Shown piece after piece: positions 60,993 through 64,000 of a DNA stretch of 64,000 bases. The position numbers and the translations under genes were made by a program. The notes beneath the pieces are model-generated. The model made no database searches. It saw only the letters and a program-made list of their open reading frames with translations, and was not told the origin of the DNA. Position 1 is the stretch's first letter, and the number at the start of each line of letters is the position of its first letter. Origin of the DNA: Anolis carolinensis (taxonomy: Eukaryota); assembly GCF_035594765.1 (NCBI RefSeq), contig NC_085842.1, forward strand, positions 146,705,036 through 146,769,035, in the 5' to 3' direction.

Positions 60993-62033
60993 TAATAACT
61001 TTATTCTTGTATCCCACCTCCATCTCCTAGAAAGGACCCAGGGCAGCTTACACAGGGACAAGCCCAACAACAACATAAATTTACATACGAACAGAAATTT
61101 AAAACAGTAATTTAAAAACTGTATAGCAATAAAATATAATATAGAAATTCTTGAAAGGATTCACAGTTTGGTTATTTATTTATCTATTTAAAAATTTGTA
61201 ACTCATAATGTGCAACTTGCTTATCCATTATAGCAACCTCATTGTTTTTAATTCGATGTTTTAATACCTCGTTGTGTTTTTTTCGGTTGCTGTGTATATA
61301 TTATTATTGGTTTTTGTTATTGTTCTTTGATGTTTCATATTTTATTTTATCACTAGCTTTGCCCGGCCACGCGTTGCTGTGGCTTATGCTTTCAGAGTGT
61401 TGCTCTTTATTTACTGTCCTGATTTTAGAGAATATATTATATTAAATTGATAATCTTATATTATCTGCTTAGAACTGGATTATATGAGGCCCCTTCTACA
61501 CAGCTGTATAAAATGCACACTGAAGTGGATTATATGGCAGTGTGGACTCAAGATAATCCAGTTCAAAGCAGATAATATAAGATTATAAATGGGTAATATA
61601 GTTGTGTGGAAGGGCCTTGAGTCTACACTGCCATATACTGTAATCCAGTTAAAATCTGATAATCTGTATTTTATAGGCAGTGTGGAAAAGGCATAAGTGA
61701 GGCCTAACTCTGCCTGTCCCTGGGCTGAGTGGGTTGCTAGGAGACCAAGTGGGCGGAGCTTAGCTTCTAACTGGCAGCAATTGGATAAAAACAATTATTC
61801 TTCTTCCTCTAATTAGGACTTTATTTTTCTTTTCTTTTTGTTGTATGAACGTAGAGGCATGGATGAGGGGTTGTGCTGCCAAGTTTAGTGTTTCTGGGAT
61901 GTGTGGTTTTGTTGTTTTGTCCTAGGCCGAAATTTCATTACCCTTTTATATATATAGATTGTTTTGTATCTGATTTTGCTGTAAGCCGCCCTTAGTCCCC
62001 TTTGGAGGAGATGGAGGTGGGATGTAAATAAAC

Positions 62034-62080
<47 letters not shown>

Positions 62081-63648
62081 TGGTTATGCTAGTTTGTGAT
62101 GACAACTACTGTACAGTAGATAATACATTTTCATTTTTTAAAAATTCAACCATAAATGTGAATTCTTCTTCGTGGAAAAGTAAGACATCCCCTGAAAATA
62201 GGACCTAGCGCCTCTTTGGGAGTGAAAATTAATATAAGACACTGTCTTATTTTCGGGGAAACAGGGTAAAATCTGATCCCAGATTATCTGCTTTGAACTG
62301 GATTATACGCATCTACACTGCCAGTGCCAGATAATCTGGGATAAGCAAATAATCTGGGATCAGATCCTGGGATATAGGGCAGTGTAGACTTAGCCTCAGG
62401 GTGCATCTTCACTGTAGAATTAAGGTAATTTTACACCCCTTTATTGGTCATGGCTTAATGTTATAAAATCATGGGAGTTTGTAGTTTTACAAGGACTTTA
62501 GCCAGTTCTGCCTTAATAGTGCTGGTATTTACCAGAAAAGTCCCATGACTCCACAGCTTTGAGCCATGGCAGTTAAAGTGATGTCAGACTGCTACCAACT
62601 TTGTTCTCTCTGCTAGTTTGTATGGTGCTGTACAATCCCTTTGCCTATTGATATTCCAGACTAACATGGCTATGTCTTTGAATACATACAGGAAGCTTTG
62701 GCCCTGGAATCCAGTCGTATTTCACCTTCCTGAGGTTCCTGCTTCTTGTCAACTTCCTGGCTGTGCTATTGATTGCAAGTTTCATACTGCTGCCTATTAC
62801 CATTTCTCAGGGTGTGAACCCCTTTCCTCATAGTCCAAGCACAGGTACATCTTTGTGTATACCTTCAAGTATTAGAACAGTTCTTCCTAACCTACTCTCA
62901 TCATCCCAGTAAGCATGACAAGCGGCCAAGTAAGATGAGCTATAAAGTTTAGTATGTGGCAGGAGAGGCACTTATCTGGGCAAAGCTGCTTTTGTTTGCT
63001 ACCCTACCATTCAGATGGATTAAATCCTACAATTTCTGACATCAAAGTACCGGAAGACCTAACTCTACAAAGCCATCCTGTCCTTTTCTCTAGCATCTGA
63101 GTGCATGAACTACAGTACTGTCATCGGTCCTCGATCTGCCTGGAGGCGCTTGCAAGACATCTTCACTGGGGAAGTGAGTCTACAGGGGGGAAAAAATCTG
63201 GGGATTGGTTGTTCTGGAAGCGTATGAATACATACTATTACTTGACTGTGTGGCTAGAAATTAGGGATGGAGAAATGTAATAATGTATGTTGGAGAAGAG
63301 AAATGGAGACAAGTAGAAAAGGAACTCTGTTTGATTTAAGAGGAGGTGTGGGGGCTAGATTGTTTCTATCTGAACCTTGTCTTCACTGCACTTGAGATTT
63401 TGAAACTTTATAAGAAGCTATTATGAATTTGCTCAATCTACATATATAAAGGCGGTGGTAGATGGGGTTGGATTACTTTGCCATTCCTCCTATGCTTCTC
63501 TTTCTTAGGGCACTCTGGAGCATTCCTACCTGTTCTATGGTGCTTATAATGTGAAACAGTATCAAACCAATCACTACAATGTGCATTTGGCCTACCTACT
63601 TAGCATCCTGGGATACCTCTTTGTCTGTTTCATTTGGATCTTCCAGAG
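56008..63648 (+). CDS. TMC8: Transmembrane channel-like protein 8 (EVER2), 5' part; gene continues beyond the right edge
   Basis: Exons 56008-56165 (acceptor at 55996; the start ATG is inferred), 58618-58769, 62692-62844, 63094-63173 and 63509-63648, all GT-AG and in phase. Peptides [43 protein letters not shown] and HSYLFYGAY...LAYLLS resemble TMC8 ([24 protein letters not shown]). Head-to-head with TMC6, as in mammals. Confidence 0.88.
57128..57538 (+). mobile_element. Two tandem R4/Dong-like non-LTR 3' ends in (TAA)n microsatellites
   Basis: 57244-57393 translates VPVMIGTLAALPKDLGQHLKTIDADKITICQLQKATLLRSARIIRQYIT*, resembling the C-terminus of restriction-like endonuclease (RLE) clade elements. 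Both copies end TCTTGTTTGCTGTGT followed by (TAA)n (57193-57240 and 57485-57538). Confidence 0.7.
59598..59750 (-). mobile_element. CR1 LINE 3' end
   Basis: CATAGAATCATAGAG...CCATCCAGTCCAACCCC...GCCATCCAGCCTCTGTTTAAAAGCCTCC. Confidence 0.75.
60011..62392. mobile_element. Nested transposon stack: Harbinger MITE > mariner element (60035-62266) > same-family element (60183-60912) > MITE (60359-60662), plus L2-type tails and a Helitron
   Basis: Each mariner-type layer has matching TIRs and TA flanks, and the host sequence resumes after each insertion. Confidence 0.8.
61353..61958 (-). mobile_element. Non-autonomous Helitron
   Basis: The - strand begins A|TCTATATATAT at 61958 and ends GCCACAGCAACGCGTGGC-CGGGCAAAG-CTAG|T at 61353: 5'-TC, subterminal hairpin, CTAG-3', inserted at AT with no TSD. 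Confidence 0.8.
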
Positions 63649-63689
63649 GTAAGTTCTCCTAATAGAGGTAAGATGGATATCTTCTAGGC

Positions 63690-63824
63690 CAGTGGTTCTC
63701 AACCTGTGTGTCCCCAGGTGTTTTGGCCTACAACTCACATAAATCCCAGCCAGTTTACCAGCTGTTAGGATTTTTGGGAGTTGAAAGCCAAAACATCAGG
63801 GGACCCAAAGGTTGGGAACCACTG
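63690..63824. mobile_element. hAT (Charlie-like) MITE
   Basis: TIR CAGTGGTTC(T/C)CAACC, TSD-like TTCTAGGC/CCCTAGGC. Confidence 0.78.
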
Positions 63825-63835
63825 CCCTAGGCATA

Positions 63836-64000
63836 AAGGTGGTGCAGCGGGTTAATCCGCTAAGCTGCAGAACTTGCTGACTGGAAAGTTGGTGGTCTGT
63901 GGGACAGGGTGAGCTCCCATTATTAGCCCCAGCTCCTGCCAACCTAGCAGTTCAAAAACATGCAAATGTGAGTAGATCAATAGGTACCGCTTTGGGGGGA
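63836..64000 (+). mobile_element. Sauria SINE 5' part, runs off the window
   Basis: GCCAACCTAGCAGTTC...GTGAGTAGATCAATAGGTACCGC is the reverse complement of the copies at 38149 and 45960. Confidence 0.75.

Overview
Eukaryotic genomic DNA from a squamate reptile. The repeat content (Sauria SINE, 5S-Sauria-like SINE, Penelope, Tc1/mariner, hAT and Harbinger MITEs) points to an Anolis-like lizard. The window holds two head-to-head gene pairs arranged tail-to-tail: HGS (- strand, 20 coding exons, last exon off the left edge), ARL16 (+, 5 coding exons, complete), TMC6/EVER1 (-, 19 coding exons, CDS complete, about 797 aa) and TMC8/EVER2 (+, first 5 coding exons, continues off the right edge). All exons were read by hand and their phases join in frame. 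The most interesting signals are: (1) an AT-AC minor-spliceosome (U12) first intron in ARL16 with a perfect branch point but an atypical donor; (2) a cluster of minimal hammerhead-ribozyme motifs carried by Penelope elements around the TMC6/TMC8 CpG island; (3) a GC-AG intron and a frameshift-shortened C-terminus in TMC6; (4) an RFX X-box overlapping an in-frame upstream ATG of ARL16; (5) multi-level nested transposon stacks, including a Helitron with captured fragments and R4/Dong ends inserted in (TAA)n. Most ORFs in the supplied track are spurious (intronic, antisense or repeat-derived). I found no prokaryote-type system and claim no wholly new gene family. Comparisons to human genes are from memory and need alignment.
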